NCBI GenBank assembly: GCA_963770765.1
Contig: CAVYQS010000012.1
Span: 254,173-318,172, forward strand
DNA: 64,000 nucleotides
Source: an uncultured Actinomycetes bacterium
GTDB lineage: Bacteria > Actinomycetota > Coriobacteriia > Anaerosomatales > PHET01
Direction of reading: 5' to 3'
Position 1 is the first letter of the stretch. Every line of letters begins with the position of its first letter. The position numbers and the translations under genes are program-made. The notes under the pieces are model-generated. The model did not search any database and was not told where the DNA came from. It worked only from the letters and a program-made list of their open reading frames with translations. Shown piece after piece: positions 9,314 to 17,752 of this stretch.

Positions 9314-9379
9314 CGTGGGCCTCCAAGTGCGACGGGAACTGTCGAGCGAAGCATAGCCGAAGTCCGCAGCGGGATAGCA

Positions 9380-9409
9380 AGAGGCCGGCGGGTGATCCCG
9401 CCGGCCTCT
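9380..9409 (-). terminator. Strong hairpin immediately downstream of the pilin gene (terminator or attenuator)
   Basis: AGAGGCCGGCGGG-tgat-CCCGCCGGCCTCT forms a 13-bp perfect stem with a 4-nt loop, 28 nt after the pilin stop. There is no U-tract. Confidence 0.5.
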
Positions 9410-9436
9410 CGATTCGAGCAGATGGTTGCTTCAGTC

Positions 9437-9769
9437 TTAGTCGCCGAAGTAGCCGTGGGTGGCGCAGTCCGCAACAGTGCCTGCGGCGTCGAACGTGTAG
9501 CCGGCAGCAGTGTCAGGGCACGTCGGGGCGGTCTTGATGAACGTGGGTACGAGATCGTCCACGTCGGCCGGCACCGCGTCCTGCTCGGCGTTGTAGGTCT
9601 GGAAAGCACCTTCGATCGTGCGCTGGTTCGCGAAGCACGTACGCTCCTGAGCCTTTGCCTTGGCAGCGTTGAAGACCGGGATAGCGATGGCGACAAGGAT
9701 ACCGATAATGAGAACGACGACCATGAGCTCGACGAGGGTGAATCCCTCTTCCTTACGGAACAGCTTCAT
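9437..9769 (-). CDS. pilA: Type IV pilin (probable major pilin)
   Basis: 110 aa. MKLFRKEEG|FTLVELMVVVLIIGILVAIAIPVF is a canonical class III signal with Glu+5. The small globular domain has 4 Cys. AGGAGG lies 9-10 nt upstream. Strong hairpins flank the gene on both sides. Confidence 0.85.
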   Translation of the reverse strand: MKLFRKEEGFTLVELMVVVLIIGILVAIAIPVFNAAKAKAQERTCFANQRTIEGAFQTYNAEQDAVPADVDDLVPTFIKTAPTCPDTAAGYTFDAAGTVADCATHGYFGD

Positions 9770-9900
9770 GCGTGTCGCACCTCCTCTCCCCTTTCGGGGT
9801 ACCTGGGCGGCCCATTGCCGCCACTCTTGGACACCCTATGTATCGGCCGATGCGCTCGAGGCTTTAGCGTTTGGATGAGGAATTTCTCAGAAGACGCAGA

Positions 9901-9934
9901 GCGGCGGCCCGAGATGCGTGTCTCGGGCCGCCGC
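9901..9934 (-). terminator. Hairpin downstream of pilC
   Basis: GCGGCGGCCCGAGA-tgcgtg-TCTCGGGCCGCCGC forms a 14-bp perfect stem, 23 nt after the pilC stop. Confidence 0.5.
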
Positions 9935-9956
9935 AGCGCACGTGTCTGGCGCCGGA

Positions 9957-11165
9957 TCAGTTCACCAGCGTGATGACCTGGAACATCGGCAGATACAGGG
10001 CGATGACGATGCCACCGACGATCACACCGAGCGACGCCATCATCAGCGGCTCGATCAGCGAGGTGAGACCGTCGGTGGCCGTGGAGACCTCTTCGTCGTA
10101 GAACGCCGCGACCTTGTTGAGCATCTGGTCGAGAGCGCCGGTCTCTTCACCAACGGCGATCATCTGCACGAGCATCGAAGGGAACACCTTGCTCTCAGAG
10201 AGCGGCTTCGCGATCGTCTCGCCCTCTTTGATCGCCGAGCGCGCCTTGCGCACCGCGATCGCGATGACCTCGTTGCCGGCGGTATCGGCGACGATGTCGA
10301 GCGCCGAGAGGATCGGCACACCGGCCGCGACCAGGGTTCCGAAGGTCCGGGTGAACCGGGCGAGCGCGATCTTGCGCACGAGCGAACCGAAGACCGGCAT
10401 CTGCAACTTGGCCCCGTCCCAGATCAGCTTGCCGGGACCTTTCGACCACCACTTGAACACGAAGATCGCGGTGATGAACGAGACCAGGGCGATGGCGCCC
10501 CCCCATCCCGCCACGAAGTTCGATATGTCCACGAGCAGCTGGGTCGCGAACGGAAGCTCGCCTCCCATGTCTGCGAACATCTTCTCGAACGTGGGAACGA
10601 CGAACACCATCATCGCGGCCAACACGATGAGTACGAGTCCACCCATGGCGATGGGATAGGTCATCGCCGACTTGATCTTGGCCTTGAGGGCGAGTTCCGC
10701 CTCGAGGTGGTCGGCGACCCGGTTGAGCACTTCGTCGAGGACACCGCCTGTCTCACCTGCGCGAACCATGTTCACGAAGATCGGCGGGAACACCTTGGGG
10801 TGCCGACCCAGGGCGTCCGACAGCGACTGACCGGACTCGACGTCCTTGCCTATGCTCTGGATGACATCGCGAAGGCCGGCGCTCTCGGTCTGTGCCGAGA
10901 GGATCGTCAGACACTTGGTCAGTGACAGGCCGGCGTCGATCATCGTGGAGAACTGCCGTGCGAAGATCGACACGTCCTTGGGATTGACGCCCGTACCGAA
11001 CTTGATCTCGTTGAGCGCGGCGAGGCCGCCCTGCTGATCAAGCTGGACGATGATGTAGCCCATCTGCGTGAGCCGAGCCTGAACGGCATCCTTGCTATCG
11101 CCGTCCAGCTTCCCCTTGAGGATCCGGCCCATCCTGTCACGCACTGAGTAGTTGAACGTAGCCAT
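9957..11165 (-). CDS. pilC: Type IV pilus platform protein PilC (GspF family)
   Basis: 402 aa with two GspF repeats (...FSTMIDAGLSLTKCL... and ...FTRTFGTLVAAGVPILSAL...) and three TM segments. Confidence 0.9.
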   Translation of the reverse strand: MATFNYSVRDRMGRILKGKLDGDSKDAVQARLTQMGYIIVQLDQQGGLAALNEIKFGTGVNPKDVSIFARQFSTMIDAGLSLTKCLTILSAQTESAGLRDVIQSIGKDVESGQSLSDALGRHPKVFPPIFVNMVRAGETGGVLDEVLNRVADHLEAELALKAKIKSAMTYPIAMGGLVLIVLAAMMVFVVPTFEKMFADMGGELPFATQLLVDISNFVAGWGGAIALVSFITAIFVFKWWSKGPGKLIWDGAKLQMPVFGSLVRKIALARFTRTFGTLVAAGVPILSALDIVADTAGNEVIAIAVRKARSAIKEGETIAKPLSESKVFPSMLVQMIAVGEETGALDQMLNKVAAFYDEEVSTATDGLTSLIEPLMMASLGVIVGGIVIALYLPMFQVITLVN

Positions 11166-11200
11166 GGTCGCTCCCTGACCTCACTTTCGAACACCGCGGA

Positions 11201-12871
11201 TCACACGATCACTCGAACGACCTCTTCGATCGACGTCTGTCCCATGCGTACCTTCTCGAGCCCGTCTTGCCTCAACGTCAGCATTCCTTGTTCGATCGCC
11301 AGCTTCTTGACGTTCTCCGCCGTGGCGTTCTCGACGCAGAGTTTCGATATCTCCTCGGTCATCATGAGCACCTCGTGCACTCCCACCCGACCGCGGTAGC
11401 CGGTACCGCCGCACTTCTTGCAGCCGACCGCCCGAAACACCGACTCGGGTAGGTTATCGGCAGAGAAGCCAGCGTCGATGAGCACGTTTCGCTTGGGGCG
11501 GATCTCTTGCTTGCAGTCGGGACACAGCTTGCGTGCAAGGCGCTGGGCGAGCACGCAGTCGACCGCCGATGAGACCAGGAAGGGCTCGACGCCCATCTCG
11601 ATGAGACGGGACACGGCACTGGAGGCGTCGTTGGTGTGCAATGTGGAGAGCACCAGGTGCCCGGTGAGCGCCGACTCGATCGCGATGTGCGCGGTCTCTT
11701 GGTCGCGGATCTCACCGACGAGGATCACGTCGGGGGAGCAGCGCAGGAACGAGCGGAGTGCGCGGGCGAAGGTCAGCCCCGCCTTGTGGTTGACCTGGCA
11801 CTGGTTCACGCCAGGCAGCCGGTACTCCACGGGATCCTCGGCGGTCAGGATGTGGCGAGCCGGGTCGTTGAGGACGTTGATCGCAGCATAGAGCGACGTG
11901 GACTTGCCGGATCCGGTGGGACCCGTGACGAGGATGGCGCCGTAAGGCTTGGTGAATGACGCCTGAAAGCGGTCCAGAGTCGCGGGAAGAAACCCCAGGT
12001 CGGACAGTTGCAGCAGGATCGAGTCCTTGCGCAGGATTCGCAGGACGATGCGCTCCCCGTAGACCGTCGGAAGCGTCGAGACGCGGAAGTCCATGCGGTG
12101 GACGCCTACCGAGACGGCACAGTGACCGTCTTGGGGCCGACGTGAGTCAGCGATGTCCATATCGGCCATGATCTTGAAGCGGGAGATCATCGCCTGCTGC
12201 GCGCTCTTGGGGCTGCGCATCACCTCGTGAAGGACGCCGTCCACTCGAAAACGAACGCGCAGGTCGGTCTCTTGCGGTTCGATGTGGATGTCGGAGGCGC
12301 GGTCGGTGACCGCCTTCTGGATGATGTAGTTGACGAGCTTGACCGCGGGGGCCTCGGACTCGATGTTGGTCATCTCGGCGAGATCGTCGGCCGACAGGTC
12401 GTCTGTTCCCAAGAACCCGTCGATGTCCCGGTGCTCGGCGACCTTGTAGTACTCCTCGATGGCGGCGATGATGTCGTCTTTCGTCGATATCGCCGGCCGA
12501 ACCTCGAGGCCGCTGATGATCCTCAGATCATCGAGCGCCAAGACGTTCTGCGGATCGGCCATCGCAACCAGGAGCGTACCCGCTTCGACCGACATGGGCA
12601 TGAGCGTGTATCGCTCGGCGAGGTCCTTGGGGATAACGGCAACAGCGGTCGCGTCGGGGTGACGTTCCGAGAAGTCGATGTACTCGATCCCGATCTGCTT
12701 GGCCATCACCGACAGGATCGCACCCTGAGACGCATAGCCGAGATCGACCAAGACGCGACCGAGCGGACTGCCGGTGGCCGCATTGACCTCGAGCGCGTCG
12801 TTGAGCTGCCGATCGGTGATGATGCCGGCCCGCATGAGAAGCTGGCCTAGCCGTTGAACCGTCTCCGCCAC
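11201..12871 (-). CDS. pilB: Type IV pilus assembly ATPase PilB (GspE family), paralogue 1
   Basis: The ORF 11201..12922 is trimmed to the GTG at 12871, which follows GAAGGA and 6 nt. It has an N-terminal T2SSE_N/MshEN-like domain, Walker A GPTGSGKST, the Asp box, Walker B ...ILVGEIRD, the His box LTGHLVLSTLH and a tetracysteine CPDC...CKKC. Length 556 aa. Confidence 0.9.
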   Translation of the reverse strand: MAETVQRLGQLLMRAGIITDRQLNDALEVNAATGSPLGRVLVDLGYASQGAILSVMAKQIGIEYIDFSERHPDATAVAVIPKDLAERYTLMPMSVEAGTLLVAMADPQNVLALDDLRIISGLEVRPAISTKDDIIAAIEEYYKVAEHRDIDGFLGTDDLSADDLAEMTNIESEAPAVKLVNYIIQKAVTDRASDIHIEPQETDLRVRFRVDGVLHEVMRSPKSAQQAMISRFKIMADMDIADSRRPQDGHCAVSVGVHRMDFRVSTLPTVYGERIVLRILRKDSILLQLSDLGFLPATLDRFQASFTKPYGAILVTGPTGSGKSTSLYAAINVLNDPARHILTAEDPVEYRLPGVNQCQVNHKAGLTFARALRSFLRCSPDVILVGEIRDQETAHIAIESALTGHLVLSTLHTNDASSAVSRLIEMGVEPFLVSSAVDCVLAQRLARKLCPDCKQEIRPKRNVLIDAGFSADNLPESVFRAVGCKKCGGTGYRGRVGVHEVLMMTEEISKLCVENATAENVKKLAIEQGMLTLRQDGLEKVRMGQTSIEEVVRVIV

Positions 12872-12951
12872 GTGTAATCCTTCAGCTCCCAGATGCGCAT
12901 GACGCATCCATCGCCCGTGCATGATCGGCGATCATGCGTACCACAAGGGAG

Positions 12952-14271
12952 TTATCGGCTTGTGTCGCGCGTGGCGTTAAGGTCAATGAGAAGCGCGTCG
13001 GCGTACTTGCGGAATCGGTCATACGTGGCGCTCCCGGCTCGTACCCCGACCCGGGACTCCCCGAACCACATCTCGACCGGAGCGGCCAGGACCACGTCTG
13101 GGGCCGATTCCCTGCCGCCCCTGCGAGGTTCCGCCAGTTCCTTCTCAACAGGCTCCAGTGAGCGATCGCTCGCGTGCAGCGCCACGAGCGCTTCCGGTCT
13201 GACGTGTGCAACGGGCCTCGGCTTCGATGGGTGCTGCGGTGCCGGCGCGGTCGCCGGAGCGGTCGAGGTGTCCAGAGGGCCGGCGACCCGAACTGCGGGG
13301 CGCCCGACCGGCATCGGCACTGTCTCCACCCTCGGTGGCGCGGTGAGGCTCGCGAGTGGTGCTGCGGGCTCCGGCACCAGCTCGGGTAGTGGTTCGGGTA
13401 GCGGCTCCGGTGCGGGCAGCGGCTCCGGTGCGGGTAGTGGCTCGGGTAGCGGCTCGGGTTCGGGCAGTGGCTCCGGCTCCGGCTCGGGCAGTGGCTCCGG
13501 CTCCGGCTCGGGTAGCGGCTCCGGTGCGGGTAGTGGCTCGGGTAGCGGCTCGGGTTCGGGCAGTGGCTCCGGCTCGGGTAGCGGCTCCGGCTCCGGCTCG
13601 GGTAGCGGCTCCGGCATCGGGGCGATTTCAGGTTCAGGCTCGGAAACGAGTGCGGCATCTGATTCGGCGACGTCACCGACCGAAGCCTGCTCGAGCCGAG
13701 CCAGCGTCTCAGCGAGTTCCACGTCCTCGATCACCGGCGGCACATCCGGGATCGCAGGAGGCTCAGAAGGAGCCACGATCGCGACGGGCGCGGAACCCGA
13801 GGGATGCACCTCGGGCACGAGTCCTGCCCACGGCGCCACGACTTCGCCAACTCGCGCTCCGGGCTCGAGCTCGGCGAGTCCTTGGGGCTCCACCACCCAC
13901 GAATCATGCGGCTCGTGTGGCACCTGCGCCGACGGTGACGGCTCGTACGACGAGATGCGGCGGTCGAGTGAGACGCTGTCGAGATCGCCGGAGGGTGCGG
14001 GTTCCTCGGGAGGAGTCCATTGAGTCGGCCCGAGCGGTGCGAGCAGAGCGGCGGTGGGCAGCTCCTGCGAGAGCGCCTCATCGAGCCCGTCGAGACTCGC
14101 ATCCACCGGGCGGTCCACCGGCGTCTGTGCGGCAGCCTCGTCCATTCGGGCTTGCGCCGCCTCGACTCGCTCCTCACGCATGGACCGCACCAGCGCGACG
14201 ACGAAGACGATAGCCGTGACTGCGAACACCGCGAGTGCGGCGCCCAGAATGATCTCAGACGAAACCGTCAC
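12952..14271 (-). CDS. N-terminally anchored membrane protein with a long P/E/L-rich repeat region
   Basis: 439 aa. A GTG start lies 4 nt after the GTPase stop. One TM helix ([22 protein letters not shown]) is followed by positive charges. About 95 aa consist of PEPLPEPEP-type repeats. The C-terminus ...[32 protein letters not shown] is non-repetitive. Confidence 0.7.
   Translation of the reverse strand: MTVSSEIILGAALAVFAVTAIVFVVALVRSMREERVEAAQARMDEAAAQTPVDRPVDASLDGLDEALSQELPTAALLAPLGPTQWTPPEEPAPSGDLDSVSLDRRISSYEPSPSAQVPHEPHDSWVVEPQGLAELEPGARVGEVVAPWAGLVPEVHPSGSAPVAIVAPSEPPAIPDVPPVIEDVELAETLARLEQASVGDVAESDAALVSEPEPEIAPMPEPLPEPEPEPLPEPEPLPEPEPLPEPLPAPEPLPEPEPEPLPEPEPEPLPEPEPLPEPLPAPEPLPAPEPLPEPLPELVPEPAAPLASLTAPPRVETVPMPVGRPAVRVAGPLDTSTAPATAPAPQHPSKPRPVAHVRPEALVALHASDRSLEPVEKELAEPRRGGRESAPDVVLAAPVEMWFGESRVGVRAGSATYDRFRKYADALLIDLNATRDTSR
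13370..13650 (-). repeat. Coding tandem repeat (GGCTCN-type hexamers; higher-order 96-nt unit)
   Basis: A 59-nt exact direct repeat occurs at 13421..13479 and 13517..13575. The whole tract encodes (P-E/L/A-P)n on the minus strand and GS(n) on the antisense strand. Confidence 0.8.
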
Positions 14272-14275
14272 CAGC

Positions 14276-14803
14276 TCAGCTCATGCTCTCGAGGATCCTG
14301 CGAAGCAGCGCGAGCAAGACGGCCTTCACGGATTCTCTGTCACGCGCATCCATCGGCAGCAAGGGCACGCCAGCGGGCAACTCAAGATCCTCCCTCACCT
14401 GCAGCAAGGAGTCCGTGTCGTCGGCGTCGACCTTGTTGGCGGCCACCACGAAGGGGACATCTGACATCTCGGTGAAGAAGGTGATCATCTCGCGTGCGTC
14501 CGCAAGCGCACTCGGTTCCGCCGCGTCCACAAGGACGACGAAGCCGAGCATGCCCTCAGACAACGTCTCCCACATGAAGGAGAACCGGGCTTGCCCGGGA
14601 GTGCCGAACAGGTAGAGGACCACGTCATCCGAGACGGTGATGCGTCCAAAGTCCATGGCGACGGTGGTTTCGCCTTTGCCCTCGCCGGACACGTCACTGA
14701 CCTGACGTTCCGTCGAAAGCACCGTGATCTCGCTGACAGACCTGATGAACGTGGTCTTGCCCGCATTGAACGGTCCCGTGACGACTACTTTCACAGACTG
14801 CAT
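14276..14803 (-). CDS. Small GTPase of the conservon CvnD / MglA-like type
   Basis: 175 aa. [20 protein letters not shown] is the P-loop. [10 protein letters not shown]....[16 protein letters not shown] is the switch region/G3 characteristic of CvnD-type 'ATP/GTP-binding proteins'. VVLVD and NKVD (G4) are also present. Confidence 0.8.
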   Translation of the reverse strand: MQSVKVVVTGPFNAGKTTFIRSVSEITVLSTERQVSDVSGEGKGETTVAMDFGRITVSDDVVLYLFGTPGQARFSFMWETLSEGMLGFVVLVDAAEPSALADAREMITFFTEMSDVPFVVAANKVDADDTDSLLQVREDLELPAGVPLLPMDARDRESVKAVLLALLRRILESMS

Positions 14804-14815
14804 GGACCGCTCCCT

Positions 14816-16978
14816 CTAGAGTCTTTCGATGCCGTCGATGATTCTGAGCAGCGTCTCGCGGTCTACCCTGAGGTCCCGGTGCAAGCCCGCACCCTCTTCA
14901 GGCAACGGGTTCACGCTCGCGGTCGGCCTGACGGGCGCGCCGCGACGTTCTGCGCCCGTGAGTGCCGACAGCTCATCGTTGAGCCCACCCGAGAATCCCA
15001 AGTCGTCGATGCTGATGTCCGACAGGTAGGCATCCGTCGAGATGACACCGGATCCTCGCTCCGACTCGGCATCGCGCAGCAGTTCGTCGTCGAAACCCTC
15101 GACGGCCTGGCTGGCCGGCTCTCGCACCGGCAACTCGTCTTCGTCGCCCACCTCCAACGACTCGATCAGACCCGAGAAGTCCATATCGGAACTCGCGGTC
15201 TCCTCGGCCAACCGAGACCCGTCTTCGAACGTGGCGGGCGCGGGCTCCGATGCCGTGGGGACCGCCTCTATCGTGAGCTCGGTGGAGACGATCTCGCCGA
15301 GCCATTCCACGTCCTCATCGATCGAGTCCGATACAGGCTGAGCGTCTCCAACTGAAGGGACCTCCGGCCCGGAGTCCACGACCGCCGATGCGGACTCAAG
15401 CACGTCCGTCGCCTCAGACTCCGGCACCGCCTCGAAGCCCGGCTCATGCTCGATCTCGGCACCACTGTCGAGTTCACCAAGACCGAGTGCCATCAGTTCA
15501 CGGGCGAAGCCATCCGCCAACGGTGGCTCGTCGGCGACGGACTCCGTCGCGCTCTCGTCGTACTCGGAGGCGAACGACTCTCCCGACGCGGCGGACGTCC
15601 GCGTGTCGTCCTCGACATCAGTGAGATCGGCCGGCTGCGAGACCATGCTCGCCTCGAGATCGGCGGCAACGGCTTCGGTTGCTGCCGGCTCGACTTCCGC
15701 GAGCTCCGTATCGATCGCGGCCAGCGGGGGCTCGGTGGGGTATTCGACGGGCGCGGGCGCGGAGATGCCGAGCATCTCCTCGACCGACTGCACGCCAACC
15801 AGATCGGCCTCGACCGTGTCTTGCGGTTGATGCGTGATGAACGCCGGCTCCTCGGCCGGTACGTGCGCCTGCCTCGGGGCAGGCTGTACCGCAACGGGCT
15901 CCGGGACCTCCGCAGGCACCCCGAGGATCGCCCCCATGAACTCCTCGAGAACGACCTGATCCTCGTCGGTGGGCGCATCGCCTTGAGCGCCCAGGAACTC
16001 GGGTATCTCGGCAGGCCCCTCGTAGGCGGGCTCGAGGGGAGCCGACACCACAGGGATCAGCGGCAGCTCAACACCCTCGACCTCTGCCACCGGCTGGCCG
16101 GCAGCCTGAGGGGCCGCTGCGACTTCGGGAGCGATCTCGTCCGCGTCCCGAAACGGCATGGGCGCAGGCTTCTCGACCGGCTGCACCCGCTGGGCCTCGA
16201 GACTCGACAGGCGCGCCTCTCGCTGGAGGCGTTCGGCCCGATTACGAGTGACCTCGTCGTCGGTGGCGAACTCGAGCAGACCGGCGCTGAACAGCCCGTA
16301 CACGACTCGGGCCACCTCGAAGTCGGTGCGATGAGTGGCGGCGGCGAGCTCGGCGACGGACATCGAACCATCGACCAACACCAGTAGCTGCCACTCCATC
16401 GGCTTGAGAGATATCTCGAAGGTGCCCTCGCCCGGTGCGGTCGCCATCTTGAAGACGACGTCCATCGACGGGATCTTCTTTCGGATGCGAGCCCACTCCT
16501 CGAGTCGCCGTGAGCCCTCCATCACGACGTTCTCGATGGAGACGGCGAGACCGATATCCTCCTCGACGACCGTGGGCATGGGCTCGAAGTCGAACTCGCC
16601 GTCGTCCCAGCGCATCAGGTCGAATATGGTGTCCTGTATCTGCTCTTGAACGAATCCCTCGAGGACCTTCTCGGTGATGTATGCCTCATCAACGAGGATC
16701 TGCCCGAGACGACGGCCGGCTTCAGGCTCGCCGGCCCGGAGCTCCAGCGCCCGTTCAAGCGCCTGAGGAGTGATGCGCTGCGAACTCACGAGGCGCTCGC
16801 CGAGCGGCTGCGTGTGCCAGTTCGAGGATGCGAAGAACACGTCCCCGTCGCGGAACCAGACGCTCCCGTGGGCGGCATCGCTGCGAACGATGCGCAAGAC
16901 GCCCGTCTTCCGACTGAACGTGATCAGCTGGAAGACGTCCGGAAGACTGAAGTCCTTGAGGTTCCCACGCAGCGCCAT
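14816..16978 (-). CDS. PATAN (DUF4388) domain protein with a long acidic disordered region
   Basis: 720 aa. The N-terminus MALRGNLKDFSLPDVFQLITFSRKTGVLRIVR...GSVWFRDGDVFFA matches the DUF4388/PATAN signature. About 240 structured residues are followed by ~450 residues of E/D/P/A/V-rich low complexity. Confidence 0.75.
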   Translation of the reverse strand: MALRGNLKDFSLPDVFQLITFSRKTGVLRIVRSDAAHGSVWFRDGDVFFASSNWHTQPLGERLVSSQRITPQALERALELRAGEPEAGRRLGQILVDEAYITEKVLEGFVQEQIQDTIFDLMRWDDGEFDFEPMPTVVEEDIGLAVSIENVVMEGSRRLEEWARIRKKIPSMDVVFKMATAPGEGTFEISLKPMEWQLLVLVDGSMSVAELAAATHRTDFEVARVVYGLFSAGLLEFATDDEVTRNRAERLQREARLSSLEAQRVQPVEKPAPMPFRDADEIAPEVAAAPQAAGQPVAEVEGVELPLIPVVSAPLEPAYEGPAEIPEFLGAQGDAPTDEDQVVLEEFMGAILGVPAEVPEPVAVQPAPRQAHVPAEEPAFITHQPQDTVEADLVGVQSVEEMLGISAPAPVEYPTEPPLAAIDTELAEVEPAATEAVAADLEASMVSQPADLTDVEDDTRTSAASGESFASEYDESATESVADEPPLADGFARELMALGLGELDSGAEIEHEPGFEAVPESEATDVLESASAVVDSGPEVPSVGDAQPVSDSIDEDVEWLGEIVSTELTIEAVPTASEPAPATFEDGSRLAEETASSDMDFSGLIESLEVGDEDELPVREPASQAVEGFDDELLRDAESERGSGVISTDAYLSDISIDDLGFSGGLNDELSALTGAERRGAPVRPTASVNPLPEEGAGLHRDLRVDRETLLRIIDGIERL

Positions 16979-17017
16979 CGCGCGATCCGAATCCGTTCTG
17001 TGGTCGTGTGGACGGTG

Positions 17018-17587
17018 CTAGCCGAGAATCTGAGCGATCGTGCCGGCCGCCTCGCGCATATCGTAAAGGACGAGTCCCAACTTCGCGTCAGTATCCGCGA
17101 GACACGTGAGAACCGCGCGGTTCCCTGCGGCGATAAGCATCACGTACCCGCCGTCACCTTCGATGAACACCTGCGTCAACTGACCTCGACCCAGCTCGGT
17201 AGCTGCGCGTTCGCCAAGGCCGAGAATGGCCGCAGACATCGCGCCGACGCGATCCTCTTGCATGCCCTCCGGCAACGCTGACGCCATGGTGAAGCCGTCG
17301 AGCGACACGAGTGCGGCGGCTTGGATCTCCTGGCTGTCGAGCATGAGCTGATTGAGGGCCTGGGCGAGTCGCTCTTCTCGGCTCGCGGTCCTCTCGGGAA
17401 CCGATACCGGTGTGGTCGTGGGGAGTTCGTCGTAGACCGGCGCAGGCGCGGCGACCGCAGACGGGACAGGTGTAGGCTCGGGCGCGACCGGCACGACTAC
17501 CGGAGCGGTGACGTCTCCCCCCGTTTCGTCGAGCAGCTCGTCGTCAGAATCACCCAGAAAGAAGTCGCCGAACGCGTTTTCCGCCAT
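17018..17587 (-). CDS. Roadblock/LC7 (MglB / CvnB-like) domain protein
   Basis: 189 aa. A P/A-rich N-terminal extension is followed by IQAAALVSLDGFTMASALPEG...VGAMSAAILGLGERAATELGRGQLTQVFIEGDGGYVMLIAAG, a typical Roadblock/LC7 core. Confidence 0.8.
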   Translation of the reverse strand: MAENAFGDFFLGDSDDELLDETGGDVTAPVVVPVAPEPTPVPSAVAAPAPVYDELPTTTPVSVPERTASREERLAQALNQLMLDSQEIQAAALVSLDGFTMASALPEGMQEDRVGAMSAAILGLGERAATELGRGQLTQVFIEGDGGYVMLIAAGNRAVLTCLADTDAKLGLVLYDMREAAGTIAQILG

Positions 17588-17752
17588 GCCTCAGACACCT
17601 CTCGACGATCCCCGCACCGTGCCCGCTCACCGTTCACGTTCCCTTGTGAACGCGCCCCTGACGAGCCAGACAATACTCTCACGAAGGCCCAGGTGACACA
17701 ACACGGCGAACAGCACAGTGACACGTGTTGACCGATACTCACGTGCGCATGA

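Noticed and set aside
8427-9380. 317-aa minus-strand ORF overlapping pilD.
   Set aside because: It is an alternative frame of pilD with Arg/Ala/Gly-rich composition. The PilD frame carries the conserved TM and Cys motifs.
9770-9900. Sigma-54 promoter upstream of the pilin gene (TGGCGGCAATGGGC).
   Set aside because: The GG and GC dinucleotides are 9 nt apart rather than 10, and the TTGC element is absent. No enhancer-binding protein gene is in the locus.
13370-13650. Regular short repeats considered as a possible CRISPR array or intergenic microsatellite.
   Set aside because: The repeat unit is 6 nt, with a 96-nt higher-order unit, and has no unique spacers. It lies entirely inside a coding frame.
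12893-14023. + strand ORF encoding a striking (GS)n/(GSGA)n tract, which could be read as a silk-like or linker protein.
   Set aside because: It is the antisense reading of the P/E/L repeat of the minus-strand membrane protein. That protein has a start coupled to the GTPase gene, a TM helix and a non-repetitive C-terminus.
17588-17752. ACACGTGT palindrome and a 7-bp hairpin in the 165-nt gap between pilB2 and the Roadblock gene, considered as an operator or terminator.
   Set aside because: The palindrome is only 8 bp with non-complementary flanks, and the hairpin is weak with no U-tract. This is not enough to call a site, although an internal promoter here remains possible.
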